From Priapulus caudatus (Eukaryota): a stretch of DNA of 54,342 nt. Below are positions 1 to 34,445 of the stretch, piece by piece (position 1 is the first letter of the stretch; the number at the start of each line of letters is the position of its first letter). The DNA lies in NCBI RefSeq assembly GCF_000485595.1, contig NW_014577067.1, positions 647,482 through 701,823 on the forward strand, read 5' to 3'. The position numbers and the translations under genes were made by a program. The notes below the pieces were generated by a model. That model searched no databases. It had not been told where the DNA came from and saw only the letters and a program-made list of their open reading frames with translations.

Positions 1-80
1 GCGAGGTATGGTCCGGCATATTAGATAGTACCAGGGTACGTTCCGGTATACCGGACCGTACCCAGGGGGACATAGACCCT
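1..80. mobile_element. Right arm of a ~180-bp MITE (same family as 50041-50222)
   Basis: Ends with ccagggtacgttccggtata...gggggacatagaccct, matching the right TIR of the complete copy at 50041-50222. A noisy full copy lies at ~6731-6952. Confidence 0.7.
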
Positions 81-1348
81 ATCAGCGGTAGTTATCTAGG
101 TAACAACTTACTAATACCCATAACAACCATTATGACCATCATTGTAAAATATTGTGTAAAAATAAAATACACATCGTCCTCGTTTAACGTAGTCCACTGC
201 ATCATCAAAACTGCGATCTCCCTGTGTGCACAGATCATGAAATTTCAACTATATTATGTGACCCTCGCGTGATCTTGACATTGATTACAACACTATCAGT
301 GATGTTTTCTTCACCTGCCTCTCACCTAACTTGTTGAAATGGCCATTCCCTATTGGCCGAGGCTATGCATGGAAGTGTTTAACACTTTTCTGTCGGAACA
401 AAAGGGGATTTAAGCTAATTCTAACCATCTAAGTAAATGGGATTTACCCATAAAAATACATTAAAAAAAATTTGGCATAATTGTATAGTAATAAAAGAAA
501 ATCATTTCATAATAGCTGTATATTAAAGGACATTGAGATCTAAGTGAGTGACAATGTAAACAAGTGTCTACATCACTCCAGCCCCCCCCCCCGCGCCCAA
601 CAATGTTCGTCATAAACTAGCACATAATAACCAATGTAAACGGCCAAAAATCATAATAATGAAGTGCTCCACAAAATTTACCGAATACCTTTCCTAAATT
701 AAGCAACACAATAAAGAAACAACACTAAGCGGCTTAAATCAACTTTAAACTATGATTATCCGTACAGTGTAAACACAATCCTATGGCTACCACCATGGGT
801 GAACATTTCATCGTGTGCAAGTAAAATCTAGGTCGGTCTGTATGAAAACTACAGATTATAAATTACTATGATAATAAATTCGTTAAAAATACTACATAAT
901 TTAACCGTGTTCCCCAGACACATATTTTACTGGGCTAACCTAGTGTTTACTGACTAATTTCCATGTCCAATTTAATTCAATCTATATGAGAATCACAGAC
1001 TACAATCACTATCGCACTAAAGTTGTCAAAAATACTACATACTAAATTACTACTCTACCAACTACTTTATCTAATGAAATAACCCTGTTCTACACAAAAT
1101 GCAGTCGTTGATGGTTGGCTTTTTGTTTTTTTCCCCATGTCTTCTTATTAGTAGTGATGATCAGATATGACAACAAGTTGCTTTTCTTCTAGTTTCTCTA
1201 CACACTCACAAGCTGCAACAACCTTAGCGTATGTACTATCGGTAGAGACCAGTGTGCGTTTTGCATGTTGTGAGCTGCAACGACCGTATAGCATTCCCAA
1301 AGTACAGGCATTCGATGCCTCCGACACAGGACGCGCGCGCACGCTTTC

Positions 1349-21754
<20,406 letters not shown>

Positions 21755-24433
21755 GGTGATTACTGGGTTGATTACACGGAGCTAGCTAGTCGGCACGATT
21801 AGCGATGGCACTGAAAGCGAAAATGTATGGATTATGTTATTAAGTATATTTCACTGATGTATCATGTAGTAATGTATTATTCTACCTACCTACGCATTCA
21901 CAGCGTGAATCCCTGTAGATTCGCGTGGTTTTGGTTGCGCGAATATTTACGCGAATCGATTCGTGGATTTGCGTCGAAATAGAAGCCCTGGTTCTATAGT
22001 ATTAGTAGTAAGTAGAGTCGACTATAGGCCTGCCAACATTGAGTTAGAGTTGAGAGTGAGATTATGCGAGGGAGCGGAGCGACCGAGCAGGGGGAAGGTG
22101 TGGGAGGGGGCACTCCCCTCGCACATCAGGGAGCTTTTGCATTTTTCAGCTTGAAATTATGCATTCCGGTGCATACTTAAGTGAGTTTTTAAACATACAC
22201 ATGTATGTAATGCAATACACTGTACATAGTTCTGCTTTTAGTCGGATTACAATGACCATCGAATGTAACTATATTGTATTATACCCAAGTTCTGTTTATC
22301 CAAGCAAGTGGCCAAACAAAATAATTATAAGGTGTTTTTAAAATAAAACTTAGGGGTGGTAAGTCACTCAGTGATTTAGAACTATTTATAGAAATTAGTC
22401 AGAACTATATATTGCTAAATTAGTACGGCATTGGTTGGAAAAGGTTATTTTTTGCAGGTTTACTGAAATGATAATGGTGACTCATGGTGATAAAGAATAA
22501 GCAATCCCATTTTTTGATTAGGAGCGAATAAAAACAATTATTTTATTCATTCCTGGAGTCCTGATGATATAATCAGGAGTGTATCAAAACATTGGTGTGT
22601 ATTCCAGGAATGGTGTGGTGTACACCCAGTACCCAATTTGTGGTGTACACACCAGGAAAGGTGTGTACTCCAGTGGTATGTAAACACAGGAGTATGATAC
22701 ACTCCTGATATAATAGATATAGTGGAGTCGAGGACCAATCTGCAATGAAAAAATATTAAAATATGTGATGATAGCATTGTGTTGAAACATGTGGATTGGG
22801 GTTGACACCTGAAAGATTTCTCTCATTTCTTGAGAGTGCAATTATAAATGCTAGGGTAACTAAAAACATTACCTATAACTTTAGATGGCTGAAGGAAACC
22901 AGTTGAACAACATTAGCAAACGGATACACTGTACATAGGAATTAAACTACGCTTCCACATAGTTTATGTATGAAATCCACATGTATAGCCCACAAAATAA
23001 TGAAAATGCAGTTTCTCCCTTAATAACGTTATCTATCATATGAGCCCTTGTTTTGGTTTGTGAAACGATTATAAGCTACAGGAATAGCAGCTACAACAGG
23101 TCAAATATTGGATACATTGCTATAAAACCGTGAATCTATTTTTAGTTGGAGTTAGAATGTTTCGAGGGCTTGTTCCCATTGCAAACTATGCTGTTGTAAA
23201 CTTTACTTGGGCACAATAGATAACACGCGCAGAATTCTAATTTTAGGTATGTATAAAAATAGAAAGTGCCAGACACAGACCCACAAGCTGAGCGAGGGTA
23301 CATAGGAGGAGAAGTGCAGAAAAGAAGGAGAGTGAACTTTAAAGCAAAAATAGCTGGCATTACACAACCTTGTGAAATGATTTAGAACATGGCTTCTAGA
23401 CTAATTCACGTTGAAGAACCTAAATACTGGAATTACATTGTATTTCACACATGAATGGGTGAACACATTATACTCACACAACAGCGTAGCACGTACCGTA
23501 CCGGCAAATAGCAACAGTGCTTTTTTAATCTAGGCAGTGATAATAACAATGGGTTACGGTTTTCCCAACAATACGATTTTCTTGCTTGCTACTCCTGAAA
23601 AGCCGCTGGAGTGAGAACACCACATGTTCACTGCCACTGGCCTCAAGTGATCACTAGATAATCGATAGAACTTCAATGACTGCATGATTGGTCGATTCAA
23701 TGACTGCATTATTTTATTATTTATTCACAGCCATACAAGAGTAGCTATGTCCATGAAACTATACGGTTCAGATTGGTATGGTTACTATGGTATGCGCAAA
23801 GGAGTGAACAAAGTGTTGCCTGTGTGTTAGTTAGGTACAACAGCTCCAATATAAAAAGGAATGTAGAGGGATAATCTATATATATATATATCTAATGTTT
23901 AGTGTTACATCACACGGACATGCACAAACACACGCATTAGTACTACATTTTTACACTCTATAGTAATAGTAACAGCCCATACAAACTAGCAGCATGTGTC
24001 CCTAGAGAACAGGACCATGTTATTAGAACCATGCCACCACGAAACAAATGTTGATTGTTGGAAGAGTTCACATGTTGGTCATCACCTTGATTGGTGTAAA
24101 CAGATATATTTGGACAGTAGATACAAAGCCAAAACAGAGAACTAGATACCAAGTCTATGGCAAAGCAGGAGAACCTTCACAGATATCTCTGATTACACAC
24201 GTTAATAATTGATTTGATCAGTATGAGAATGATTCAGCATAATTGCCATAAAGCTATCAGCCCAAGTATAAGAGCTGTCCACATTTGCACATTTCCACAT
24301 TGGGGACAGCTCTTACAATTACATCCTTGAACCAAGCTATCAATATCATTAGTATCTAGCTCGCTGACTAGACTCGATCGCCGTAGGCGTAGCTCCAAGT
24401 CCAAGAAACGATCAGAGACACATNNNNNNNNNN

Positions 24434-27400
24434 CATGGGCGCAGTTCAACGGCAGTAGGTTATACTTGTGGCTTCGATTACTTTTAGGCAATTTTTCTTT
24501 ATAAGCAAGTACGCTATGTCGCTAGTATAGTACAGCTTAATGTTTGTGCTAATTATAGGACATACAAATTGTGGCTACAATTATGAAATTGTCTGCGCAT
24601 CACTTCATACCATGGCAATTGTGCACATTGTATAGTGTATCAATGTATTAACAAGATAGCCTATATTTACCTGTCATTGTCGATGATGATGCCTGTCAGT
24701 ACCTACTGTGAGCACCCATGTACTGTGCTGACCATCTATAACCTTACTATTAAACGCCTAAGGACTACAGAACAGAACGACATTAATGCAGTCAATGCTG
24801 CGCATCCATATACACGATATAGGTTCTATTAGCTTTTGGATTATTTCTTAAATAATTTTCCTTGATTCTAGCTTTGATTGGGTTGATGTAAATTCTAATG
24901 CATTGGATGTAAGGATGAATTGTTGGTTCTTCACAACATGACACTGACAACCACACTGAATTACTGACATGAATGTGAATTTTAGATGGCAGCAATTATA
25001 TTCAAATATTTGAATTTCATAACATTCTATCTTCTTTAGTAGTTAAGATACACATGAAAAACATAAACTTAGCGTTAGTTAGATATAGAGCATTTAATCT
25101 TTATTTCTATAAAACTATAGTGAAATACATTTGAAAATATAATGTGTTTTGAATTACGACATGTCTTTAATATATCTGTGCTTTGACACTAGTAACTTAA
25201 AGTTAAGGCCATAATATTTTACTTTTCAATTATAAAACAAGCATTTAGCTAAATGGCACTAGCTATTCCCTGATTTAAACAAAACTTCTGGACTGGCCAA
25301 CATCAAGTGACACAATAATATTACGTCACTCAGTCCTACAGTAGTAGTACACAAGTGTGAGACAGTTTGTATCACAGCCGGCATACAGTGTAGAATGTAG
25401 GTATCCAATGCTAGGAGTTTCACGGCGAAAGAACTATAAGCAAACGTCTTTTTCGCGATACACCGCTGACCCAGGGGGTCGAGCCTTCACGCGATGTGCC
25501 ATGACCATTGGACTTCAACTGATAACACAGGAGAGCCCGCCTGCAGCACATTACGCTGTGCACTCTACGTCTAGTGAACGTGCTTCCTCAGCTAGACGGA
25601 GCCACCGTGCAGAGCGATGGCGGGCATCTGGCCTCGCACACTGCCGCAGGTTGCCCGTGCAACTGGCCTCTGCGGTCTTCCTCACAACGATGGTTGCATC
25701 GTCTGGCAGGGGTGACCTTTGCCATCGACTGGGAGCGCCCTCTGTGAGGGCAACTGCGACTGCCCGGCGGGAGCATCCATGCGAATGCTGAAAACCGTGA
25801 GTCTGGAATTGGGTTGACATACGTGATGCTTCCATTTGTTCGGTCCACGGCAGCTGTCGTGTGTCACTGTCTCGCCGATGAAGCTGAAGATCAGCCTGCG
25901 TGGTTACACTTAGAGACTGAGACAGAGTAACCTCTTTGACCGCTACGCTAGCAGCGCTCTGTGACGTTGAACTGCCGCAGCGGTTTTCTCTCTCAAGGTT
26001 GACGAGGCTTTACGCAATTGTTGTTTGGTGTCGGCGACGTACGAGCGTCAGCTCACCGCAGGGGCGCTAAGCGAGGCCCCCCGGTCGCTGAACGATGTTC
26101 TCCGCGTACAGCGTGCCGGGTGCTGTTGGGCCCGGCGTACCCGCCGCCACACAGCAATGCTGCTGGCAGCGCCGCGTCGCAAGAATCTATGAAATTTATC
26201 TTGTTCTGATTGTCGAGGTCCGGCGATGTAGACGTTTCCAATTGACGGGGCTTAAGGCGACCCGGAGTGCATTGCTTGGAGCTTTCGCCGTCATGCGACG
26301 CCGCCACATCTCCACAACGGCAAACAGATTGCGAGGGTTCTTTGCGCCTCCGACGATGCCGACACGGCGCCATCTACGCCAGAGAGGCAGCCGCCGATGC
26401 TCGAGCTCTCGCTGTCTGCGCGATAATAGAGCGAGCTCCACCGTCTTCGTCGAGCGGAGATGCTCGCGGACGGCCTGAGCAAGCCGGCCTGTGCGCATAG
26501 CTGTTGTTCCGATTCTCGTTCGGCTCCGCTCCCGGCAATCGGCCACGCAGCTACAGCAGCATGGCCCCTATTCTTCCACCAGGTGGCGGTCAGTAGGGAT
26601 AGCGCCCAGATCCTGAATGGTTCCGCGCGCAGGCGATGAACAGCACGTTCCTAGAGTTCGGCCCCGCGGGAACAGCCCGAGGCAACACATCCCAGGGCGA
26701 GAGCTGATTGCGGCTGCTCACGTCGCCTGCTGTTCCGCCCTCCTGTCGTGCCCATGCTGCCGTTCCCGCTACGGTTTCACCGCGCCCGGCTCGCAAGTTG
26801 ATGTAGCGTACGGCGTGATGTCTCAGTGCGGCCACGAAGGCAGTCGTGCCGACCAGCACAGACCCTGCGGCGCGTTCAGTCCTGCCTTCGGAGAAACTTC
26901 GTCTCTGAATCCGATTTTCTCCCGCGAACACAGTGAAACGACGACCACCGTTCCTGTCGCACGAGACGACATCGCGTTGTGTCGGCGTGTCCGAGATCGC
27001 CAGACGCGCCCGCCTAGCAATGACGGCCACCTTTCCGGAAGAGCAACTCCGCTCGAATAGACTTATCTCGCAAGAGCTTCGAGTCGATGTCGGGCTGGAG
27101 ATGCGGCCCGCGGTCGGCGGAAGTATGAGAGCGTCGCCTCCCGTGAAGTGAAGCATCGTCGTGCGTGACCTCTCCATCATCACAGCAGCAGGCGCTCCGT
27201 CCTGTCCGAGAATCGCGACGTCGGCCAGCGCGCAGACGTGCAGCGCGTTCCAGCATGGTCAATTGCCGGAATCGTTCAACGACGGCGTGGGAGAAACAAT
27301 TCGCGTAGCGGACGAACGCACTCGCGATGTTGTCAGCGTGCTCTCGTTATTCAAAACTTTGCCTGAATAACCCCGATGATGACAAAGACCATCTGGATCA

Positions 27401-29440
27401 AGTGATGAGCTCTTCTAACTGATGTTAGGTCTGGGAGAATGTGCTGCAGTTGATGGCAACAGTAGGTCCAGAGTCCAAAACAGATGATCCTCTTTACCAT
27501 GCAAATCCCCATGTATGGAAAGTGGCTTCGAAGTATTTAACCAATGTAAGTCTCTCAACGCAAAGTCAGGCGCAATGAAATATTTTTCATATTTTCAATG
27601 TGATCATAAACTAAGGTTATCTACCTCATCTTAGGATTTGGCTGTTTCTTTTAGTCTGGCTTCCAGGAAAATGCTTTTCTGATATTAACTGCCTGATATT
27701 TTCTCCTCTGGGTCCCATTTTCGCTTTGAAAGGTACTGAGAAAAACAACAAGGGATTATAGCAATGAAATTTTTGCTGCTGTGTATTACGTGAATGCGCT
27801 GTTTAAACTACCCAACAAAGAACATATCATCAGATATGACAGGACCCGTAATTTACCAGTTGCTCTCAAGGATGCAAGGTAGAAAAAAGCTTGCACCTTT
27901 TACAATTAACTCGCAAGACTAGAGGAAGAGAAGAATGCTAATATGAATGACAGTAACGAAAGCTTAATGAGACCAATTAAAATCCTTTTGAAGATGCCTT
28001 AGAGATGGCGTACCCAATGTCGAAGAAGCAATCATGATTCATGTTATGGTCAGCAGCGGTTCGATAACGTGATAACTAACTAATCATGTCAAATCAAGGG
28101 ACTATTTACAATTCTAAAATCATAGTAATAGTAGATGGTTCAAATGGAGACATGGCGCAGATTTGTCAGCCTTATGTTCATTTTCGTCAATGTGGGTGTA
28201 ATTGAACGAGATGTTGTTCTGTGAATGTTTCGGATCTGGATGCTGGATAGGTTTTCTGCGTTAGCCCACGTTTACGTGGATAATACCCGTAGGATAGGCT
28301 ATACTAGGAACGTAGGATACAATAATGTAACCCAAAACACAGGATAGGGTTGCCTATCCTGTGTTGTTACATTGATTGTATCTATAGGAACGCTATAGCT
28401 AGACATGGGGTGTGACCTATGCTTGGTAAAGCCAGGAGTCAGCCTTTGGTTCATCGGTTGTTCAGGTGACAATCGACGAGCCAAGATGATCGACTCCGCG
28501 AGTAGTACAGTAATAGCTAGTATACTAGTAATACATAGTAGTACTCTACTAGTACTACTACTAGTAGTAGCCCGACGCAGGCTGTGTGACTAATACGTCA
28601 ATATACGCAACGTCTTGCCTAGGGTTAGAAAGACCTATAGGGTGGCGGGCGAGTCTAGCACAAGATCAGAGTCACTGTGGGGGAGCCGACAGCAGAGAGC
28701 GCCGTGTGAAAACACAACGATCGAGTCACTGCGCGCCCAAGGAATTACTGCATAACGGATACGAAATTTATCCGTCACTTGTTGTTGGAAGTTTTTAATG
28801 TTTTTATTCATTGAAACTTCTTCTAATATGCGTTCTGGGCGAAATATTTTTATGTTGTGTTTACAGATCCGCCGACCGAATTTTCAAGAAAAACGCAAAA
28901 AAAATAAAAATTGAAAATCTGTATTTTTTTATTCCCGCCGACCTTTTCTCTAAAAAATATGAATTAAAAAAATTCAAATGTAAAAAACAAAAACATTTCA
29001 TAAACAAATAGTTCTATAATAAAAGTAAAAATAATTACAAGTTGAGTTTTGTTTTTTATTATTTTTCTTAAAATACTTTAATATCATGTATAACAGTTAT
29101 CACTGTATTTTGACTTGTTTGATCTGACAAAACATTTTTTTTTTTTTTACCCTACCGAGTCAACAACAACAAACAAAATTCTGTATTAAACCAACAAAAA
29201 AAGAAATGTGGCCTTACGAGTATGATAGATTTTTAGCCTTTCTGTAGCTATAATTATGACATTACATAAGATCAGGAGTTAATAAAGACAAATTTGTCTT
29301 ATTAACTCCTGATATAGATACATATGCACTGCGCAAAGTATAAAATATTTTAAGCTATTCTTATTTGTTTTGCTTTGCATTAGTTGAATAAAATTACCCA
29401 AGGTCTCGTGAAACAAAAACAAAGTCCAAGATTACACATG
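24434..29440 (-). other. Noisy inverted copy of ~35500-41130 (NHLRC2 locus and flanks); probable mis-oriented gap fill
   Basis: Begins right after the N-gap at 24424-24433 as the reverse complement of 41040-41130 and runs colinearly back through NHLRC2 and its upstream region. Confidence 0.85.
25420..27718 (-). pseudogene. NHLRC2: Apparent frameshifted NHLRC2 copy (most likely an assembly artefact)
   Basis: Fragments TMLHFTG, VGGAKNPRNLFA, VALTEGAPSRW and LPDDATIVV in broken minus-strand ORFs match 38016-40199. Confidence 0.5.
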
Positions 29441-30772
29441 CGCAGCGCACACACGCACACGCACATGCAACACGCAGCAGCACACGCACACGCACACGCA
29501 CACGCACACGCACACAGTGACACACTCACACGCACACGCGCCGCGCACGCACACGCACACACAGTGGACACACTCACACGCACACGGCGCACGCACTTCC
29601 GCACACACAGTGACACACTCACAGAAATACGCACACGCATACGCACACGCACACACAGTGACACACTCACACGCACACGCACACGCACTCACACACACAC
29701 GCACCACGCACACACAGTGACACACGCACACGCACACGCACACGCACACGCACACGCACACGCACACGCACTCGCACACACAGTGACACACTCACACGCA
29801 CACGCACAGCCACACACAAAGGACACACAACACGCACGCGCGCACACGCACACGCACACACACACACAGTGACACACTCACAGCGCAACGCAACACGCAT
29901 ACGCACGCGCGCACGCACTCGCACACGCACACGCACACGCACAGCGCCACAAATGACACAAACACGCACGCACGCCACACGCACGCACGCACGCACACGC
30001 ACACGCACACTGCACACGCACACGCACGACATAAAACACGCACGCACACGCACTCACATGCACACGCACACATAAAGCACGCAGCGCACTACGCACTCAC
30101 ATCACAACGCACTAACATGCAACGCACACTCACACGTACACACGAGTGACACACTCACACGCACACGCACACACGGTGACACACAAACACGCACACGCAC
30201 AGGGCACACGCACATGCACACGCACACACGCACACGCACACGCACCACGCACACGCACACGCAGGCACGCACACGCACACGCACTCGCACACACAGTGAC
30301 CAGGGGCATGTACAGGGGGGGGGGTCCAGGGGTCCGGACGCCGCCTCCCCTGCTCGCGCAGAAAACGCATCTAAGGGGGTCTAATTTAAAAAAAATTCTG
30401 GGGGAGGGCCGCCTCGCGTGCCTGAGGGGAGCCCCTTCGCGTGCTCGCAAGTTTGGGTTACGGTTAGACCCCCCCCCCCTGGTACAAATCCTGTACATGC
30501 CCCTGGTGACACACTCACATGCACATGCACACGCACACGCATACGCACACGCACACACAAGGACACACAAACACGCACACGTACTCGCACACACAGTGAC
30601 ACACTCGGACGCACACGCACACGCACACGCACGCACACGCACGCACACGCACACACAAGGATACACAAACACGCACGTGCGCAACATTGCATGCACACAC
30701 ACAGCGACGCACTCGCACATGCACTCGCACACACAGTGACACACTCACACGCACACACGCACGCACGCACGC
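29440..30772. repeat. (GCACAC)n compound microsatellite with an acagtgacacactc higher-order motif
   Basis: Directly visible. Reverse-complement tracts occur at 35444-35506 and 36265-36416. Confidence 0.95.
30301..30505. mobile_element. CAGGGGC-type MITE inserted in the microsatellite
   Basis: TIR caggggcatgtacagg / cctgtacatgcccctg; 5-bp TSD GTGAC. Confidence 0.85.
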
Positions 30773-31246
30773 AGTTATAAAATAGTAGTTACCTGTCACG
30801 AAATAATCAGAACAAAATAGTGGAGAATTTTGACGGACTCCAGTGCGTACGCATTTACATTTACTCATTTACTCATTTACATTTAAGTGGCAGTCAGCCA
30901 CTTATGACTTATCAGCGCCTCTCTGGACTCTTATGTCATTTTGGCAGCTCAAAAAAATATCTTTTCTTATCTGTGCAATATATATGGTATGATTGTGACA
31001 ACCTACTACTTGGCTCTATTCGCCCGGCGCCCGCACCTATACCGTAGTCTATATAATATATATATAGTATACCATAGTCTAGGGTATAGTATAGAGTATG
31101 CATATTATATTTTACTGTCATCAGATAGAGACGAAAGGCAGCTAGGTCTCGTTGTCAGTAGTTTATTCAGTAAAAAACTAAAAATGAAAATACAGAGAAT
31201 AAGTTTTTACTAGTACTACTAGTACTACTACTACTAGTACTAGTAG

Positions 31247-31699
31247 CAGCTCCCGTAGCCAGGGAGGTTAGGGGGGTTCGAACGAACCCCCCCCAAGCAA
31301 ACAAATTTTTTTTTTGAAAATTTGCAAGAATTTCACCTCCATTTTAGTGTAATAATTGCAAAATCTCCATCGTGCGGGAGGGTGAACAGTGAACACCCCC
31401 CTCCCACACTCTCCCCCGCCTTGGTCGCTTGCTTCCCTTGCCTGGTTGCTTCGGCCGAGCAGGGGCGTGTACAGGGGGTCCAGGGAGTCTGGACCCCCCT
31501 TGCCTCGCGCAGAAAACGCATCTGAAGGGGTCTAATTTTAAAAATTTTCTGGGGGAGGGCCAGACCCCCCTTCGCGTGCTCGCAACTTTGGGTTACGGTT
31601 TTACCCACCCCTGGTAGTAATTCTGTACACGCCCCTGCCGAGCAAATTGCCAACATTGAAAAATGAACCCCCACCCAATATAAGCTGGCTACGGGCCTG
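31247..31699. mobile_element. MITE (CCCGTAGCCAG TIR) hosting a nested MITE
   Basis: cagctcccgtagccag ... ctggctacgggcctg. An internal segment resembles the reverse complement of ~22065-22145. Confidence 0.6.
31460..31637. mobile_element. Second copy of the CAGGGGC MITE family
   Basis: TIR caggggcgtgtacag / ctgtacacgcccctg; internal sequence homologous to 30301-30505; 5-bp TSD CCGAG. Confidence 0.85.
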
Positions 31700-31826
31700 C
31701 ATAGTCTAGTACTACATACTACAGTTGGGCATCATAGTGTTTACATACAAAGTCAAAGGTGAAAGGGTACGCTATGAAACATCATTTAACATGTGGCGCC
31801 CTCACCACTTCAAACGGGTACAAATA

Positions 31827-32884
31827 TAGTGCGTTCGATTTGCTTCCCCAAGTTAACCTGGTCTACTCGGGCCAGCCCAAATACGTTCGATTGGCAGTCA
31901 CGTGGTATTTTTTCGTTACCCGGGTCAACCCGTGTGAGAATGAAGTGAGCGGCTCGCGCGAGGTGCCTCACTTATAGTGGGCGTTCGATTTGCTTCCCAA
32001 GTTTAACCTGGTCTACTCGGGCCAGCCCCAAATTCGTTCGATTTGGCAGTCACGTGGTATTTTTTCGTTACCCGGTCAACCCGGTGAGAATGAACGTGAG
32101 CGACTGCGCCGCAGGTGCTCACTTGGGGGGGGGCTTGGGTAAGTATCCACAATCCATTGCAACCATGCACCATGCATGGCGACAATATCAGTAGCATAGA
32201 TCAGTGCGGGGATCAGTGCTGCATGAATGTTAAGCAGTGTGAATGACCTGTTTATAGTTTGCTCAAGGACGTGAGTGGATAGGACTGATGTTTATTACTG
32301 GACATTGCTCTCTATCCTTGAGCCCGCTGCATTCTTAAATTTCATTAATATAAGATTGCAATTGTTATTCTTTTTTTTCTTGTCACGGCATCCATGTATA
32401 ATTAACCCGGGTTAACCCAAAAACCGTTCGTTTATCTTCGCCTAACCCAGATGCGTTCGATTTCGTACCCAGGTTAACCCAGGTGTGCTCTGGGGAAGCA
32501 AATCGACACGGCACTGTTAGGCGGGGGCTTGGGGAAGTATCCCACAATCCATTGCAACCATACACCTATGCATGGCGACAATATCAGTGGCGGTATCAGT
32601 GCTGCATGAATGTAGCAGTGTGAATGACTGCGTGTGTTTGCTCAAGGACGGTGAGTGGATGGGATGATGTTTATTACTGGACATGCTCTCTATCATTGAG
32701 CCGCTTATTCTTAGATTTTATTAATAATAAGATTGCAATTGCTATTCTTTTTTTCTTGTCCACTGGCATCCATGATTAATTAACCCGGGGTTAACCCAAA
32801 AACCGTTCGTTTATCTTCCCTACCCCCAGATGCCGTTCGATTTCGTACCCAGGTAGCTCTGGGGAAAGCAAATCGAACGCACTA
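31827..32884. mobile_element. TIR element with both halves tandemly duplicated
   Basis: tagtgcgttcgatttgcttcccc ... ggggaaagcaaatcgaacgcacta. 31827-31975 recurs at ~31975-32125 and ~32128-32510 recurs at ~32520-32884. Confidence 0.65.
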
Positions 32885-32891
32885 ATACTAA

Positions 32892-33265
32892 AGGGTAATG
32901 CTATCCCACGGGCGTGGAGGGAGGTGACCGCAATGTGGCAGCACTAGTGTTGGGATAGTGTTTAGGATTAGGGTTAGGGTTAGGGTTAGGGTTAGGATTA
33001 GGGTTAGGTTTAGGGTAGCTCTAGTACTTAGCCCGCAGATCGCTGCCGCAGGCCTGCGGCAGCCTGCGCAGCGATCCTGCGGCTATAGTTACTAGAGCTA
33101 GGGTTAGGGTTAGGATTAGGGTTAGGTTAGAGATTAGGCGTTAGGGTTTTTGCATCATGATATCTGTCCCCACACCATAGATTAATTTTTAGGGTTAACG
33201 TTTTGAACGTCATCGTCAACGTTATCACGTGACCTCCCTCCACGGCCCGTGGGATAGCAACACCC
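32892..33265. mobile_element. MITE carrying internal (TTAGGG)n, with a hairpin element nested at 33016-33100
   Basis: TIR gggtaatgctatcccacgggcgtggagggaggt / acctccctccacggcccgtgggatagcaacaccc; telomere-like repeats at 32962-33015 and 33099-33146. Confidence 0.75.
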
Positions 33266-34090
33266 TAAACACCCCTAAACGTAGGGCCCCTACCGGTACG
33301 CGTAGCAACGACATATAAATACTGCTGCGATTAACAGAACAAGCTCGATAACTAACTTAATTTCAAAAGTCAAATGTACTTGTTTAGCTTGTTTACGACT
33401 ATCTTTGAACAATTTGACTCGGGTTTTTAGCTCACTTTTGTCAGTTCGCGACTTTGCCTTGAGGGCTGTTGGGTGTTGTTGGTGACTCTTATATATATAA
33501 TCTATTTATTATATTATATTATAGAGATCAGTGGTTAGTATCTATGGTTGGCCCGTGGTTTGATAGACTGACCTTATATCCTTTAGTTAAATACGGTTGT
33601 GTAATACTTGCGTAGCGAGTGAGCGAGGCACTGCAAGTTAGGAACCCATCTACGCCCAGGATCTTGGGGCGGATGGTCAGATGTTATGTTCAAACAGCTA
33701 GATATAGACTGGATCAAGGTCACTGTCTCGCCGCCTCTATTATGTATGTCATTACACAAGTTGAGCGCGGAAACCGACTATACATCTATCGGATCCCTGC
33801 AGAAGACTTTTGCACAAGTTGCAGAACGTTTAGATTAGGTAGGAATGAATTGAATATGCATTGAATATGCATTGAATAATGATAATAATATACTAGATAA
33901 TATGATAAGCATGTACATATGTACATCTGCTATACGTGTATATACATATATATATATATCAAAGAGTGGATAAGTAGCGATTAATCCAAGATGGATCTCT
34001 ATTATCTCCACTCTTGATATATTATAATATTAATATTAATTATTATATATGTATATAGTTCTGCGGTAACTCCTTAGGCCAGGGTGTGCC

Positions 34091-34445
34091 TAGCTCTAGA
34101 ACTATGGCCCTCTGGGTTCAATGATAGAGAACATGGGTCCCAATAAAACCAATGTAATTTACATCAATATAAATATAATATTACATCAATATAATAGGTT
34201 AGGGTTAGGGTTATGGTTAGGGTTAGGATTAGGGTTAGGTTTAGGCACATTGTTTTATTGGACCCATGTTCTCCTATCCTTGGCGCGCCTCTGCTCCTGC
34301 GGCGGAGCGGAGGGCTATAGTTCTAGAGCTAGGGTGTGCCTAGCTCTAGTACTTTACTGTATAGCCCGCATACATTAACTGCCGGCTGGCACCAGCCGCG
34401 GGTAACAGCGGCAGTTAATGTAAGCGGGCTATAGTACTGAGCCTA
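34091..34445. mobile_element. Two adjacent TAGCTCTAG-terminated hairpin elements; the first contains a nested TTAGGG-bearing MITE (~34123-34279)
   Basis: tagctctagaactat...atagttctagagcta and tagctctagtact...agtactgagccta, separated and flanked by gggtgtgc(c) repeats. Confidence 0.7.

Noticed and set aside
25357..27370. Cluster of 60-197 aa ORFs
   Set aside because: Fragments and shadows of the frameshifted inverted NHLRC2 copy.
29380..30868. Many overlapping Cys/Val/Ala- or His/Thr-rich ORFs
   Set aside because: Frames of the (GCACAC)n microsatellite.
32962..33146. True telomere or chromosome-fusion site
   Set aside because: Short, degenerate, single-orientation tracts enclosed by MITE TIRs.
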